Assembly (NCBI RefSeq): GCF_018977255.1 | Contig: NW_024704750.1 | Span: 13,764,001 to 13,828,000 of the forward strand | Direction: 5' to 3' | DNA: 64,000 nt | DNA from: Callorhinchus milii | Lineage: Eukaryota | The notes under the pieces: model-generated | Database searches by the model: none | Told to the model about the DNA's origin: nothing | The model's input: the letters and a program-made list of their open reading frames with translations, nothing else | Translations under genes and position numbers: made by a program | Shown here: one piece after another, positions 48,301 to 62,301 of the stretch | Position numbering within the stretch: the first letter of the stretch is position 1 | Layout: each line of letters starts with the position of its first letter

Positions 48301-50549
48301 AACATAGTAACAGTTGAACCTTGAAGAATTTATAATTATATTTTTTGTCATTTTACAAGTTTATGACTCACTGCTCACAATCCAGAGTTAATGGTGCTAA
48401 AAAAAAACTAATCAGAAATCTGCAATCCTTTGAATCGGCTTGGTAAATTATTGTGAATGCAGGAGATGTGTGCCCTTTAGAAATTAAGTTTTTTTTATTG
48501 TGTTTGTTAATAAATTGGAAAAAAATGTTCAGGGAAAAATAGAAGTGCAAGCAGAATGAACTGAAAATTGTATTTACTCACCAATGTCTTTGAAAATGCC
48601 AGCCAATGCTATAGTGGTTTTATATGGCAATTGTTGCCTTCTCAATCATTCACCACTCTTCAGTTTTGAGAAATGTCTCAGAGAGGGCCTTTATAGAGGT
48701 TTATCAAACGTAAATTAAATTGAAAAACTAAAACTGGAACAGTACTTTAGGATGTACCAAGACAATTTAACAAGAGGAAATGGGCTTAGAGTTGTAAAGA
48801 ACAACTTAAAAACAGATACCAAGAAGTTTTCCTTTACCCAGAGGGTAATTAACAACCGATAGACTGAATGGCCTCCCTCTGTTTGTGTTTTTCTGCATCA
48901 TAACATGAAATGTGTTTTTCTTCTAGTATTTGGCATTTACTTGTGGGCTGGTGAGAGGTGCCTTATCGAACCTGGGAATTAAGAGTATTGTGACAGTGGA
49001 AGTTGCAGCAATGCCTGCATGTAAGTTATGTGCATGTTTATTTTTAAAAGGTGTCATGTTAGAATTATTGGGGCCCAATAGGAATGAGCACAGAGTTGGC
49101 AGCGAAGACCTAGAAAGAAAGACCTAGACCTGTAGCTCAGTGGTTAGAGTACTCACCTTGCAAGCGAGACACCTGGGTTCAATTCCAGGCAGGGCGAAAC
49201 CTTGGGCAAGTTTCTTTACTCCACACGCCTAATAATAATCCTTCCAAAAGCAAAACAATAATAAATTGGTCATTTTCAATCCACGACAGTTTGTGGGACA
49301 CTGCTGCGCGCAATTGGCTGCCGTGTTTCACCCACAAATATACGATCAATTCACTTTACAGTCTATTCTGTGAAGTGCTTTGAGACCTCTCGAAGACGTG
49401 AAAAGCGCTATATCAATGCAAGGATTATTATTATAAAGCCTCCGTCATAGTAGTAACCTGAGCAACACCACAGAATAAATAGTATCAAACCGAGGGAGAG
49501 TCATGAAGAATAGTCTTTTACCTCAGTAATTATGCCCTCATGCTTGTTGAAACAGCCAGGCTTAGGGGCAGGCAGGCAGGGAGAAGAGTGCCTCATTTCT
49601 AAATTAGGTTCCTTAAACCCATGTGGAGCCATGACAAGTAAGTGAGGTGGTGAGTGCAAAAGGAGGGTATTGTTTGTGGAGCCTGTGAAATGAGGAAGTG
49701 GAAAGTGCTCAGCATATTCTAAATGACGGGGGGGGGGAGTGAGAAATCTCTCCAAATTTCAAAATGTGTGAGTCAAGCAGGTAACAAAGTGAGTAGCCCA
49801 TTAAAAAAATCTGAAGCTGCATCAGTTGGTTCTATTAACTTAAATGCTGAACATAAGTATTTTTAATTCTTCCCTTTTATAATCTGTAAAGACTTCTTTA
49901 CAATTGATGAGTTTCTTTTACTTGTCACTATTTTCCATCAGTTAAAAAGCAAGCTGGCAAGGGCTAAATGTCTCTCCATATGGGTTGTCAATCTGGCTTT
50001 CAGATCAACTCTCCAACATGTTAACTAGTCTTGCCAGCTTTCTCCAGTTTCCCTCCACCCTGCAGATACAGTACTGGAGCTGTCTGACAGCACAGTGCTT
50101 GCCTTTTTGACTGGGAGGTTGGCAAAATGATAAAAACAGTTTGCTTTATAATTTAACATGCCCTTATATAACAGCTGAACTACAACATTGTATGATGTTA
50201 GCTGCCAGTGGCAGCAGTGGCAATAGTGGAGCACACATAATACAAAGGGACTTGATCTACAGTTTGACTCAAACTGCCAACACTCAGCTTGGGAGTCCTC
50301 CATTATCCCTAGTTACCATGTGCAATGAATTTTTCTTTTTCTTCTGAAAGTTAATAAACGAATAGGAACATTTATATTGTTTGCTACAAACATTCAAATC
50401 TTATTGCATTTGCATTTATATTCAGTTGCAAAACTTAATTTGAAATTTAACTGAATGCTTGAAATGTCACCTGTTTCTGTGTTTTGATTATAAACGTGGA
50501 TATTGTTTTTTTTGCAGGCAAATTCCAAGTAATGATACAAAAGTTGTAG
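42305..50549 (+). CDS. TRAPPC6B: Trafficking protein particle complex subunit 6B, 6 exons, 158 aa
   Basis: Exons 42305-42385 ([17 protein letters not shown]), 45356-45423 ([15 protein letters not shown]), 46330-46447 ([25 protein letters not shown]), 46847-46930 ([10 protein letters not shown]), 48927-49020 ([18 protein letters not shown]), 50518-50549 ([10 protein letters not shown]). Total 477 nt. An in-frame upstream ATG at 42290 could add 5 aa. Confidence 0.96.
42394..42500 (+). repeat. About 24-bp minisatellite CCTGTCCCGGGGGTTACACCCGGG, about 4.5 copies
   Basis: Directly visible, starting about 8 nt after the TRAPPC6B exon 1 donor. Confidence 0.9.
48765..48895 (+). mobile_element. CR1 LINE 3' fragment (other CR1 remnants at about 29275-29345 and 40550-40605)
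   Basis: acaagaggaaatgggctta..aagttttcctttacccagagggtaattaac ([16 protein letters not shown]) followed by a gactgaatggcctcc tail. Confidence 0.6.
49127..49434 (+). mobile_element. Full-length tRNA-Ala-derived SINE (short subfamily)
   Basis: Same head, core and tail as the other copies, ending (TTA)n. Confidence 0.85.
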
Positions 50550-51980
50550 AAGATGTCTGTAAGCACAAATGAAGTATTCTTGAAAACATATTTAAAACCA
50601 TGAAAGTATTTCATAATATTCCATAAAACAGCATTACAGTATATCATATTTTGTTTATTTTTAATGTTTGTATTTTTAAAAACAAAATCACCTCTTTAGC
50701 TATAAACTTAGGTTTGAGAATTGTTGAGATTTTAGAAATGGATGCTTTACACAATGGGTGTGTGTGGACCACTAGAGTAATAACATAATTGGCAGATTAA
50801 AGCTTTGCCTTATGTTAGTGAAATAGAATTTGGACTGTTGGTTTTCAGCATGCAATCAACATTTGGTGGTATATGTTTAGGGAACCATTTCTTTCTTTAA
50901 AAAGGTCTCATTTTAAGATGCTGTTTTGCACTTTTAAGGGGCGAGAAACCCACTTCTTTCAACTGATTTTTCTTGGGGTGCAATTCCATTTCACTGCCTT
51001 CTACACAATTTTTCTCTGACTGAAAATATACAGGTCACATTAAATTTAAAATTATTGACCCATGGAAATTTTTCACATGTACATCTAAATGGGCAGAATT
51101 CATTGATTCATTCCTTTTTGTGACCAGGCATGTGTATAACTCTGCATGTGAATATTTGGGAGAAGGGAGAATTGGATAAGAACTGATTTATAACTATGTT
51201 TGACGATTTGTTTAACTTGGGGCATCGAGGATGTTAAAATTCCATGTTGCAAATCCTGCAGTCAGTTGGTATTAATTATTTTAAGGGGAACAAAAGAGCA
51301 CATTTTCTGAAATCTAATAACTGGCAATATCTATCCCTTCATTTTAATTTGCAACGTGTAGTCAGTGTTGCATGCTTGTGCTCATCCAACCAGAATAAAA
51401 TAATGGGCTCCTGTTTGCACTTTGCTAGCCATCTCAAGTGACCATATGTATAAGCAAATGCTACTAATAGGATTTTGTCAGTGATGATTCCTTGGGATAA
51501 ATATTACTCATGAAATGACTTTAAAATAATTTATCACTGAGTGCATTGTTCATTTTTGCAGTACCAGGATTTGTGGGGATACTGCCTTCATTTAGAGGGG
51601 GCTGTAACGCTTGCATCTAACAAACAGGATAATTTGTGTGTCTGTTGGAACGGAGAGAGGACTGGCATTAATGATGAGTGACAATAAGATATGTTGAGGA
51701 GGATTATTGAAAATATTTGTGATTTCAGCAAAAGGGACAATAATTGCAAACAGTAATTCTGATTGGATCAGAATTGTCCAAATACATTTCAAAGAATACT
51801 GAAAGCATTCTGAATATTTAACTAATCACTGATTTATAGTCTTTCTTTGCTCAGTACAGTGGATGTTCACCAGCTTAATGTATTAGCACACCAACATGTA
51901 CTGGACAAAGTGGATACTGTTATTTATTTTGAAGTGTTAATGTAATGTTTTGCTGAATATAGTGAATTGAAGCAATGATC

Positions 51981-51986
51981 AATAAA
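51981..51986 (+). terminator. Candidate TRAPPC6B polyadenylation signal
   Basis: AATAAA about 1.4 kb after the stop, followed by a GT/T-rich stretch (gggtgctgttattttt). Confidence 0.5.
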
Positions 51987-54472
51987 ACATGAGAAATGAA
52001 AATTGGGTGCTGTTATTTTTTACATTAAAATATTGGACAATTGATCTTCAAATATAAACCTCCAGAACAGTGCCAAGCAGCTTTTTTTTTTAATACTTGT
52101 ACCATTTGAGGTCTGAAAACAAATAGCATGACTGGCATTTTAAGGTTTCCTTTATTAAATAAGGCTGGAAGAATTTGGTTTAATTATTATACAATATTTG
52201 AGCACAGTGCTAGAATACTTAATTGAATAATGACTTAATATACTACTTTGAAACATTCCAATAATTTATTTTCCCAGAACAATCCTGTGTTTTCATCCAG
52301 ATGTCTCAAATATTGCTCTCTGACTTAACATTATTTTCCAATCGATTTATTACGCGGAGCATCTTTGGCCCCACGTGGAATTGTTAGTTTGGTTTGCCCT
52401 AAGTATTTAATTACTTGAGAAGTTTGCCAGAATTTCTCTCCAATCAACAGCTGGTTGAAGAAAATGTAACCACTTGATCTACATTCCAAAGACATTTCCA
52501 GGATCTTAGCATCACTCCACATTGAGTGTTTGATCAGAATTTTTTTTAATGATGATAAACAAGAAATAATATTGAACAACGTTTTTCGGGGAAAATAAAG
52601 CTTTAAACATCCAACACATCTTTATGTGAACTTAAAAGACTTTGACATCCTCTACAGCACAGTAGAGGGACTTTGACAAGGCAGGGATCGAAGAGGCTGA
52701 ATACTAATAAATCCCTTTGGATCCCAGGATACTCAAGAGAGGTAAGGGAGATTTGTGAAGTGGTGACAGTCATTTTAAGAGTAAATGAATATACTCCAGT
52801 TCAACCTGATTGGGGGCTTGTAATGTGTGGCTAATATTGTATTAAAATCATGTCTGCATAGGTCAAAATGCAGCACTGAATGCAATTCTCAAATCCTGCA
52901 TGCTCTAATCCGAATTGCTCCTTCATGGAAAATTGGATGTACGGAACATTGGTAATTCACGGCATTTAAATTGTTAATGTACTTGAATACAGAAACTCTC
53001 CTGCAGTCTTTGAAGGGATTTAACCAGATACTGTGCTGTAGAGCGATCATTATAAAAAGCCTCAGGGCAAAGTAAATGTATGTATGTGTGCTATTCAATT
53101 GGGTAAATAGATTAAAAAGTTAAATGTTGAACTAAGAATGCGATTATATTTTTGTTCCGAGTAAATTCAAACAGCATTCCTGATTACACGCGAGACATCT
53201 GAATCAAGTGCAATTAGGGACCAAAGGGAAAGCTATTTATCACTGAAATACTTTGATAGACAGCAATAGAAAAATAAATCAGATGCTGGATAACAATGTT
53301 ACCATATCAATTAAACTATACTGGGCTATTTTATACATTGTTACATACTTCGTAGTTAACTGAAGATTTTATCAAGCTTCATGAAATAAGTATTTCAATT
53401 CTTCATGCCAAACAACATTCTCAGCATTTAATATTTCCCCAGAACAAAATGATCAATCTCTTCATGGCTATTTGTTGGGACATTGCTGTACTCAAATTGG
53501 CTCCCAAATTAACCTACGGTCACTATATTTTACAGTATAATTGAGGCACTACCTAAACATAAAAATTACATATTAAATAATCCTTGCATTTGGTATAGGC
53601 CCTTTCTGTCAGGAGGACATCTCAAATGCAAGGATTATTAAATTATTAAAATATAAATTCAATACACAAATCATGCTAATCTACAAATTATGCTAGTACA
53701 AAACATTTGTGGGCAAAAAGCTGTTCATAGTATTGCTATGAAGCATTATTTGAGCTGCAAACTCTATGGTATAAATTATTGGGTAAGAGTCAAACAATCA
53801 AACGTTGGTGACTTACCATTTCTTCTGTTAGTCTTACTGCTAATGTGGTGTAAACAGGGATATTTGACCTCATCAGTGGCAGGATCTGAGCTCTTGAAAC
53901 AAGGACAACTTCATATCAATTATGTGATTGGAATATTAAATGTGGCAACAGTGCTAATCAATGATGAATTGTATACTATTTTGTAATATGAAATCCCATA
54001 CTCCTAAAGGACCACATTTTTGGAACATTAGTGTTGAGACATCATAATAAAATTTAGCATCAATTCAGAGTTTAGATACTTTAGAAGAACATTTCATCAA
54101 ATCACTTCATTTAATTTTCTCTCTTCCTCCATGCATTACGCAGATCAAGACAATATAAAACTCCTAACCATTTGTTTTAAATCAAATACTGCATTATTTT
54201 ATACTACATTACTTTAACTGAGCATTATTGGTGAACACAGAATCTTAAACATAATTATTTAATTCCTTGGCTTTTAACAAGTTACCAGATTCAATTACAA
54301 ATCCTAAAATTACGAAATTTTAAAAAAGACTTGTATTTCATAAAACATTTCATACCGGGGTGATGGATCAAAGCACTTCACAGGATTTACTGCAAAGTGT
54401 AGTAACTGTAATGTATAGGCAACACGTGACATACACTCAATTCAATATTCAGTCGAATTTTTTTAAAATAAG

Positions 54473-54478
54473 TTTATT
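54473..54478 (-). terminator. Candidate GEMIN2 polyadenylation signal
   Basis: AATAAA on the minus strand about 300 nt after the stop. Confidence 0.4.
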
Positions 54479-54774
54479 TCTTAAAAAAAATTTGACACTG
54501 AAATCAGATCCAGACCACTTCATGTAAAAATAGTACTTAAATCAAAAATCAGTCATTCTAATACTGATGTCAGTTACTTCTAAATAGTCATTTTGTGGAT
54601 TTGTACCTCCTTCTTCTGGACAGTTTAATATTCTGAAACCTGTTATTGAGGAAAGATGTTTAAATTTGTGTCAAGGAAATAAAAATGAGTGAACTTGTGT
54701 GTAAAAAAAGTTAAGCACAAGACCAGATTTAAAATGATAGATTCAGCTCTGGTTCTTGAAATCTTCCAACCAGG

Positions 54775-57700
54775 TCAATTATTATCCGCCAAGTCACTCT
54801 GTTCAAAATACCTGAAAAATAAAGCACAATCAAACCATCAAAAACATAAATAAACCAAATAAAGTAAAATACAATACTTGTAACATCAAGTGTACCAAAC
54901 ACTATCCTGGTCTAGGATTAAACTATTCACCAGCCTGGACAGTTTGACCCATGCTTGTGCCTAGAGCTTGTTGCCTCAAAACTGGAGGTTCCCCTCGTTT
55001 TTTCATATTTAAAATGGCAGCAGTAGCAGGGTTTAAAAAAATTATTCCTGTGCTTAAAATTGGATAAATCACAATATTACCAACTCTATCATCAATGCCA
55101 GATTATTGTACGTGGAGAGATGGGAGTAAAAAGAACGTTGTCAAATACCTGGCAACTAAACAAATGAGTAAATTCAATGCTGATAGTCCTGCGTCCTCTG
55201 GATTTTCCTAGAAAACAAAGAGAGAAAATGATTTTCAAGCTTTCATTAATTGTTGTCAGCAACTCTGGAATAGTGCCTTGGTTTCACTCTTCTAGCTGCT
55301 ACTTTCCTATATCTGATGGTATTGACTAGTAATCTATAAAATAACTTGTATAGTAATTGCAGTACCTGGACTAATAAAAGTCAAGTTTTTACTGTACTCC
55401 CCATACAACATGTGTCAATTTCCCAATCTGGCATGCGCAATGGGAAGGAATACTGGAGAGGCTGGATGCTTCCTCACTGGGAAGTGCAGATCAAAGGGAG
55501 TATCATCCTGGGATCATCTTGTGTACCTTTTTGCTGGTTTCAGAGTAACAATCTTGCAGGCATCCTGCTACCCATCTATGGCTAGGGAAACTTAAAATAG
55601 TGTTTTTTTTAAAAAAACAGCGCTGAGCTAACCCTTTCTAAAATTGGATACAAGTCTTTGCGTTAGAGCAAGACATTTTGACTTGGTACATATCGGCCAT
55701 TTTAAGAAAACAATGTTTATTCAGAGGTAAATAAGGCTTTGACTCACACGTCTATGTGAAAATTATTTACTTCAGCCACAAGATGGAGCAAAGAGGATGA
55801 ATAGACAGAACACAGCTGTTAAAATTGCAGGCATTTTACACGCCGTTTAACAGAGTAATTGGCTTACGAGTTTAGCACGAACTTCAGAGCACCTTCTAGC
55901 CAGCTGTCGAAGAAGAGAATGTGCCTCGGGCAGTAGTGGTTTTTCTAAGCAGGCCAGCAGGCCATATAACCATCTACCCTAGAAGAAAAATTGAATATCA
56001 AAAAGCTACCATAAAAATATACGCAACAATTATTCACTCACAGAGCCTTTGGCTCTCCAGGAAATTATATACTTTTTTAAACCAATGCAACAAACTAAAG
56101 AAGAGAGTGGATGGGAGGAGGCAAATAATGATTACCTCACCTTACTTTCAAGGGAAAATAACTTTCTTGATGCTGAAGTAGCACTTTAAAATAAATGTAT
56201 TTTGCTACACCTACATTTTAAGATTATAAGAAAAATTGTGGCTAGGTTAGTGAATAAAAGCATCACCATGTCAAAAGCTAACATAAAAATGTACATTACT
56301 AAGTCATACAGATCAGTATGTTACAAGCCAGCTATGCTTGGCTGATCAGGAAAGCAATTGAATTGCTACAATTGTTTTACAGCGGGACAAATGAGGGCTT
56401 CCATCTATGATCACTTCTGCTGCAAAGTCATTTGTGGTGATAATAATAATCCTTGCATTTGATATAGTGCTTTTCACGTCGGGAGGACGTCCCAAAGCGC
56501 TTCACAGAACACACTGTAAAGTGAATTGACAGTATATTTGTGGGCGAACGCGGCAGCCAATTGCGCACAGCAATGTCTCACAAACAGTCGTAGATTGAAA
56601 ATGACCAATTTATTATTGTTTTGGGTTTTGGAGGGATTATTATTAGGCGTGTGGAGTAAGGAAACTTGCCCAAGGTTTCACCCTGCCTGGAACTGAACTC
56701 AGGTCTCTCACTTGCAAAGCGAGTACTCTAACCACTGAGTTACAGGACTCCACGTCTTTCACGTCTTCTAGATGTCTCAAAGCGCTTCACAGAATATACT
56801 GTAAAGTGAATTGACTGTATATTTGTGGAGGAAACACGGCAGCCAATTGCACACAGCAGTGTCCCACAAACAGTCGTGCATTAAGTGACCAAATTATTAT
56901 TATTTGTTTTTTGTTTGGTATTATCATCATCTCTGGAAAAGCGATCAGCCAATTGACTAACAACCAACAACCAGGTTCCTACCTACTGCTCAGTAAACAG
57001 GGGTGTGTGGAGTAAGGAAACATTCACAACATTTTGCATTGCTGGAAATAGAACCTAGGTCTCTCACTTGCGAGGCGTGATGAGTGAAGGGAGGATTGGG
57101 CTCAGCTCACCCTGCAGTAACTCATTGGCTGAGACTCGTACCTAAATAACAGTCACTTGGGTGACCAGAATCTGACACTCTCGCTGTGTAAAAGGAACAG
57201 AATTTAATTCCTTCAGAAGAGGGGGTAATAGGGAAAACGTGTTAAAAATAAAAAGACATTGAATATTTAGCAAAAATATTCGTTCGTAACAATAAACAAG
57301 ATAACAAATAAAACCTTAAAATGCCATTTTACTAAAATATTCACTTACTAGTTCAGGGTGAAACTCCTTATCACCAAACCAGTTAACCAGATATTCCAAT
57401 ACGACCAAAATTGTAGACTGAAAGCAATTTAGAAACTTTTAGTTGTTTAGCACACAAACAAGCATCTACCTAAAGTGCTCCATTCTATAAGGAACATTGC
57501 TCCTAATATCAGTTTCACTTCTAGTTGAAACTAATTGCAAGAGCTTTAACAGAACCATTGTAAAATATTTCAGATGAGGATTAAAATGTTAATAAAATAT
57601 TGCAATTTGGAGCAGACACTCATTAAGAAATTCTAGGAGTGTTTGTTACCACTGTTATGCAGTCAGAACATCACAAAATGCAATGAAAATTATTTAATAT

Positions 57701-60700
57701 TAACAACAATCATTAACCACGATATTGAACACTCCCTCATGCAATACATCCCAGGTCACATTTAATGGGGCTCACCATTATAAATTTAGCACTGCGATTG
57801 ACAGAATATTGTGCAGACTTTGATACATGAGAAAAATAGCTAAAATCTATGTAATATAAACCCTTGCGTGCACTCCTGCTACTGTACTATCAATAGAATG
57901 GTATATACAATGTATGAGTGGATATTAATGGCAACTCATTTAAATTCCCACCAAAAGTCGAGCCCACCACCCAAGATGGAAAACAAATAGCTGCTTTGTG
58001 GTTATTCATCACAAGGATAGTAGGTTTGTACAATTGCACGTTTCAATGCTCACAGGATGTAGTACTGAGCCATACAGATCATAAAAGCCCTTAGTTCAAC
58101 CTGGCCTGTACTGGATCAGCAATGTGGATCTTACAACTTCTCAGTGACCCTAGACTTGAGAAATTAAACTACATCAAAATGTTACTTCTGCTTATTGTTG
58201 AGTAGCCTCTGTTGACAATGTGTGTGCAGCAAAGTTGGGTTTAACTGGGATCACCTTGTGTGGTTTTAACAAAAAAACTTATGTCACTTATGCAAGGTTA
58301 GTGTATGTGTGTGGGCGAGGGAAGGAGAGCACTGTCATTATTTAAAGGCTTTGTGTACCACTTTCAGTAGAGATGGATAAAGAGGGAGGAACGAGCTGGG
58401 CTATTTTTGCAGTAGGCAGTTTGATAACTGCGGTATAAAGTTTGCAATAAACTGAAAAATGCACAGAAATATGGTTGAGACACATTATTTTTTTTAAAAA
58501 CAAAAGAAGCACATACCTGACTCATCCTGCTGACAATACTCAATAAAGGAGGAAATCCCATCTGGAAAGAGAAGCAGACATTGTAATAATTAAAACTTGG
58601 TGCATTAAATTCATTATTATGGTTCAAGTCTTAAAAGAAAAAGGAAATAGACAAATTGTTTCCTAAGCAAAGAACATGGAAATCAAGTGAAAGAACTGCT
58701 CAAGAAAATGGGGAAAGCAGTAATTTAACACAGCTTATATTTCTTTATATTTCATGTTGATCTGCCCTATACTTTCAAGCATTTCCTCATTTTAAATTAC
58801 TTACCAGAAAAAAGCTCTACATTACAGCTTTAGTCACGATGGCAATGCATTGTTTTCCATCACTTCCTTTGATAGCTACATTATTGTAGCTACTTCTGAC
58901 AGGTTCATCAAGTCAACAGCCATAAAAAAATTGAAACCTTTTTGACACTGGCCAAATCATTGAGTTTATGCTGATGAATAAGTTTCAGTACTCCTGGGTT
59001 GCCTGACGTGGGTGGATGGCAGAGCTTCTTAGCGCAATGGGCTTGTGTCTGTAGGATCGGCCTTATACAGAATATATCAAAAGCATCTGATGGCTGTCGT
59101 CTTGCTTTTGACATACATTCTGGTCTTAGATCCAGAAAGTAAAACGGTAAGCAGCTGGCAATGGCTGATCAGATTTGCTGAAAAGCTGAAGCGTTGCTAG
59201 TGCCAGATGTTCAATAATTTACCAGAAGCCTCAGCAGCATGCAGTCCAACAGTCAGGTTTCTACTTTATTCACTGACCCCGAGACACACTGTTGCCCAAT
59301 TAGACTAGTTGGATATCCCTTGATGTTCAATACCATCAGCTTTCAAACAGCACTGGTAACGGATCATTCAATTGTACGATCTCGATCTTAATTTATACTG
59401 ACCTTCAAATCGATATTTTTGCCCTTAATAACTAACTGCATCCAAATCTGCCACCTGATTCACTTCTGCATTTGACAAGCAGTGCAAGATCGGCAGCATA
59501 GTCAAGGTCATGCAGCTGTCGGGTTGAGGGATGCTAGCCCCGTTATCTCTCTTCATCAAAGAGCTATTTTATCTGGAAGTTTTCAATCATAAATTGGACT
59601 CGACTGATGTGCTGGATTATTTGGACCCATCTGCTGGTTAGCTTGATGAGCACTGGTAAAACTTAGAGCCATTAATAAGATCAAGGTCAGTTGTATGTTT
59701 CCTGAAATGCTAAAAAAAACAAAAGCACAATTGCCTTGCATTATTTATGATGTTGAATTCACTAAAAGTAGCATTGATTGGCAAAGCTGTCCACAAATGT
59801 CTGCCTTGTTTAATCACACAACATAATTAGCAAATTAGTATGATGATGAAACAGGCAATTCTGAACCCCAACTCCAACCCTTCATCCCTCCATCCTGAAC
59901 ATTCGCGCCCCCGCTCCCTGACCTATACCTCCCTATCCTGCACTTTCCCCTAATCCCCCCATCCCTCATCCCCGAACCTCCAAAGTCTCTGAATTTCTGA
60001 TACCCCCCATCCATGATCCTCTCTTCCCCTGCATCCTGGAACGTCTCCCCGCCTTTCCCAGACCCTTTGCTTCCCCCCTCATTTTCAAATCCCTTCATCC
60101 TTCTGAAAAAACATTTAAGACAAACCAAGTCCTATTTGAATTGGAGGCATGAGAGCAAATAAATAGCTACACTTCAGGATCTTTACTCCTTTTTTTGCTC
60201 AAATGTTTCATCTTATACATTAGCTTGAAGACAGCTGTACAGAGCTAGCTAATTTCCTTTTGAATTTTATATCCGTTTGCCCTATCTTTAATTACAAAAC
60301 AATGAAAACAAAGATTTACCTGCACATAGTCAATTCCCGGGCAATCAGTTTTGTTGATGATCTGGGATAAAGATGAGCAGCAATATAATTTCTCCCCTAG
60401 ACAGAATTTTTTCCATCCTTCTTCATCCTCCGGTCTTGGCTGAGGACCAACAAGGAATTTCAATTAATTCAGAAAAATGTCTCAACATTTTAAAAGAGGA
60501 ATCTCTCGCATTGCAAAAAAGATGCACATTTTTAAAGGTTTACTCAAAAATCCTCTCAATCCATTCAGAGCCCTATGTTGGAGAAACCAAGCTTATAACA
60601 CAGCAATTTTCTCCACCAGGAGTATCTTATTGCTTTTCATTCAATGCCTTGCAAGAAAGTCGAGATCTCTTTGGCAGATCTATGTTCTACAGAACACTCC

Positions 60701-62301
60701 ACCGAAATTTAAGTTATTAAAAATGAAATCAGTTGGAAACATTCAAGTCCCAGTGGGTAAAGGCTGCACTAGCCATATAGACAAAGCTTCCAGGTTATAT
60801 TCCTGGTCTGTTTCGTAACCTTTTCAGCTGACGGAGTTGTTGTCCAATCCATGGACGAGGGGGAAAAAGGGAAAAAAATTAGCTAGATTTCCATCTCCCA
60901 ATTAGTTTCCAGTGTTGGAAAGTTACACCAGTAAGATGCTTCAACATTGGGCTTGGTTGCAATGCCTGCCATGATTGAGTCAAATGTTGGTCCTCGTGAA
61001 TAAAGGACTACAACTTGATCAAGGTAGTAGACTGCTGGCAACCGTGAACCTTTTACCCAGAGAAGGCACTTTGATAGAGGAGTAAGGGGGCAAAGATAAA
61101 TCAGCTTGTCAGAATATATTATGGGAAATTTCACACCAGTTACAGGATTCAAGCTAGCTGCAAGTAGGCCATTCTTTGCACAATGCATTGCATGAAGCAG
61201 CAGCATCAAAGCCCTTAGGTGTAACCGGGTTCCGCAAAACAGCAGCAGACATATCTTAATATTCATTTAATATAAGGGAGTGATTTAGACAAAATAGGCT
61301 TAGTATGGTTTATGGAATGAATGGGGGTGACAAAAGGCTCCATGTCTAAGGTTCTTATTGCTCCATGTCTTATGTTTAGTATTTCTAGCATCTTGTGAAG
61401 CTGTGGGATGTTGACTGCAATGGAATTCAGTGCTGGTGCTGTTCACAATCTTGGTCTCCCAGTAAAAGGTGGCAAGAGAAAGCTATTAAAAGACATGTCA
61501 AGGCGTTGGTTGGGATTGTGGCCTTTGACAATACATTAGAGAGTTCAATTTGTTTCAAATAGTTTTCTGTTTATAGTATGAGAATCGGTTGCAGATGTGA
61601 CTTTAATAGTCTGTCGATTTATATGCTTGAAATCAATGTGTCCTTAGAAAAACTATTTTAAGCATCACGAGCTGTAGGAGATAATTTGTTGAGAGTCACT
61701 AGATGGCAGCAATATACTGCTGAACAATAGTTTTTGGTAACTAATAAGATGCAGATAATCAATTAAACGAATTCCAGTGTATAAATTTCAGCTTTAACCT
61801 TTGCCTTATGCAGTAAGCAGACATTTAATATGGTGAGAAAAGAATGCTTGAGGATTAAAATTAAGAAGAAAAATATGCATGTTTTGTGACTGCTGAATAC
61901 ACTTAGAATTGATGAGAGCTTTTATCGTGCTGTATCATTTTATAACTATGTTAATGCTGGTTTGTTTATGTGGTCTCGATTTTAAAGACCCAATCCATTT
62001 TTGAAAAAATCCAATCGAAACATAGTAATTAATCTGTCCTTAATCTGCCACAGTACATTAGTGATTTAAAAAAAAGTCTTCATGTAATTTGGTTTTTTTC
62101 AATTAAGCAATCATTGTCTTTCCAGATATTATCGTTCACTGGCAATAGTTCAGTCATGGCTGTAGTCAATGAAACTCTTCGGCTCACCCACAAAAAAGCT
62201 GTTAATCTGTACTCATTGCTCGAAAGGCATACACCACTTACCAGCAATACATTAGCGTCTAGAGGCTGCGACTTCCAGTGGTCCCTATATCTGTCTATAC
62301 T
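54775..62301 (-). CDS. GEMIN2: Gem-associated protein 2 (SMN complex), last 7 coding exons; 5' exons outside window
   Basis: Exons 62242-62301 ([15 protein letters not shown]), 60320-60439 ([16 protein letters not shown]), 58517-58561 ([15 protein letters not shown]), 57349-57417 ([10 protein letters not shown]), 55868-55978 ([31 protein letters not shown]), 55149-55207 ([11 protein letters not shown]), 54775-54811 ([11 protein letters not shown]). Phases are consistent. Confidence 0.95.
56441..56753 (-). mobile_element. Full-length SINE (short subfamily), antiparallel to the 63062 copy
   Basis: Reverse complement aligns end to end with 63062-63378, about 92% by eye. Confidence 0.88.
56757..57077 (-). 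mobile_element. SINE (long subfamily) in tandem with, or interrupted at its tail by, the adjacent copy
   Basis: Shares the long internal segment (gtaggaacc..gttagtcaattggctgatcgcttttcc) with the 27386 copy. Its tail is truncated where the next SINE begins. Confidence 0.8.
58950..59560 (-). mobile_element. Old RTE-like non-LTR retrotransposon RT fragment
   Basis: The minus strand translates [14 protein letters not shown] (degenerate YADD box) and, downstream, [12 protein letters not shown] (resembling the LDAFDxxCLRRIL motif of RTE-type RT C-termini). Multiple stops. Confidence 0.55.

Noticed and set aside
55125-55148. GEMIN2 last intron starts gtatttgacaacgt, resembling the next exon (GTATTTTGAACAG)
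   Set aside because: Only about 10 matching nt with indels; chance similarity cannot be excluded and no in-frame alternative C-terminus results.
60373-61266. Intronic ORFs of 113-127 aa in GEMIN2
   Set aside because: No recognisable motifs, and no splice sites or phase fit; expected by chance.
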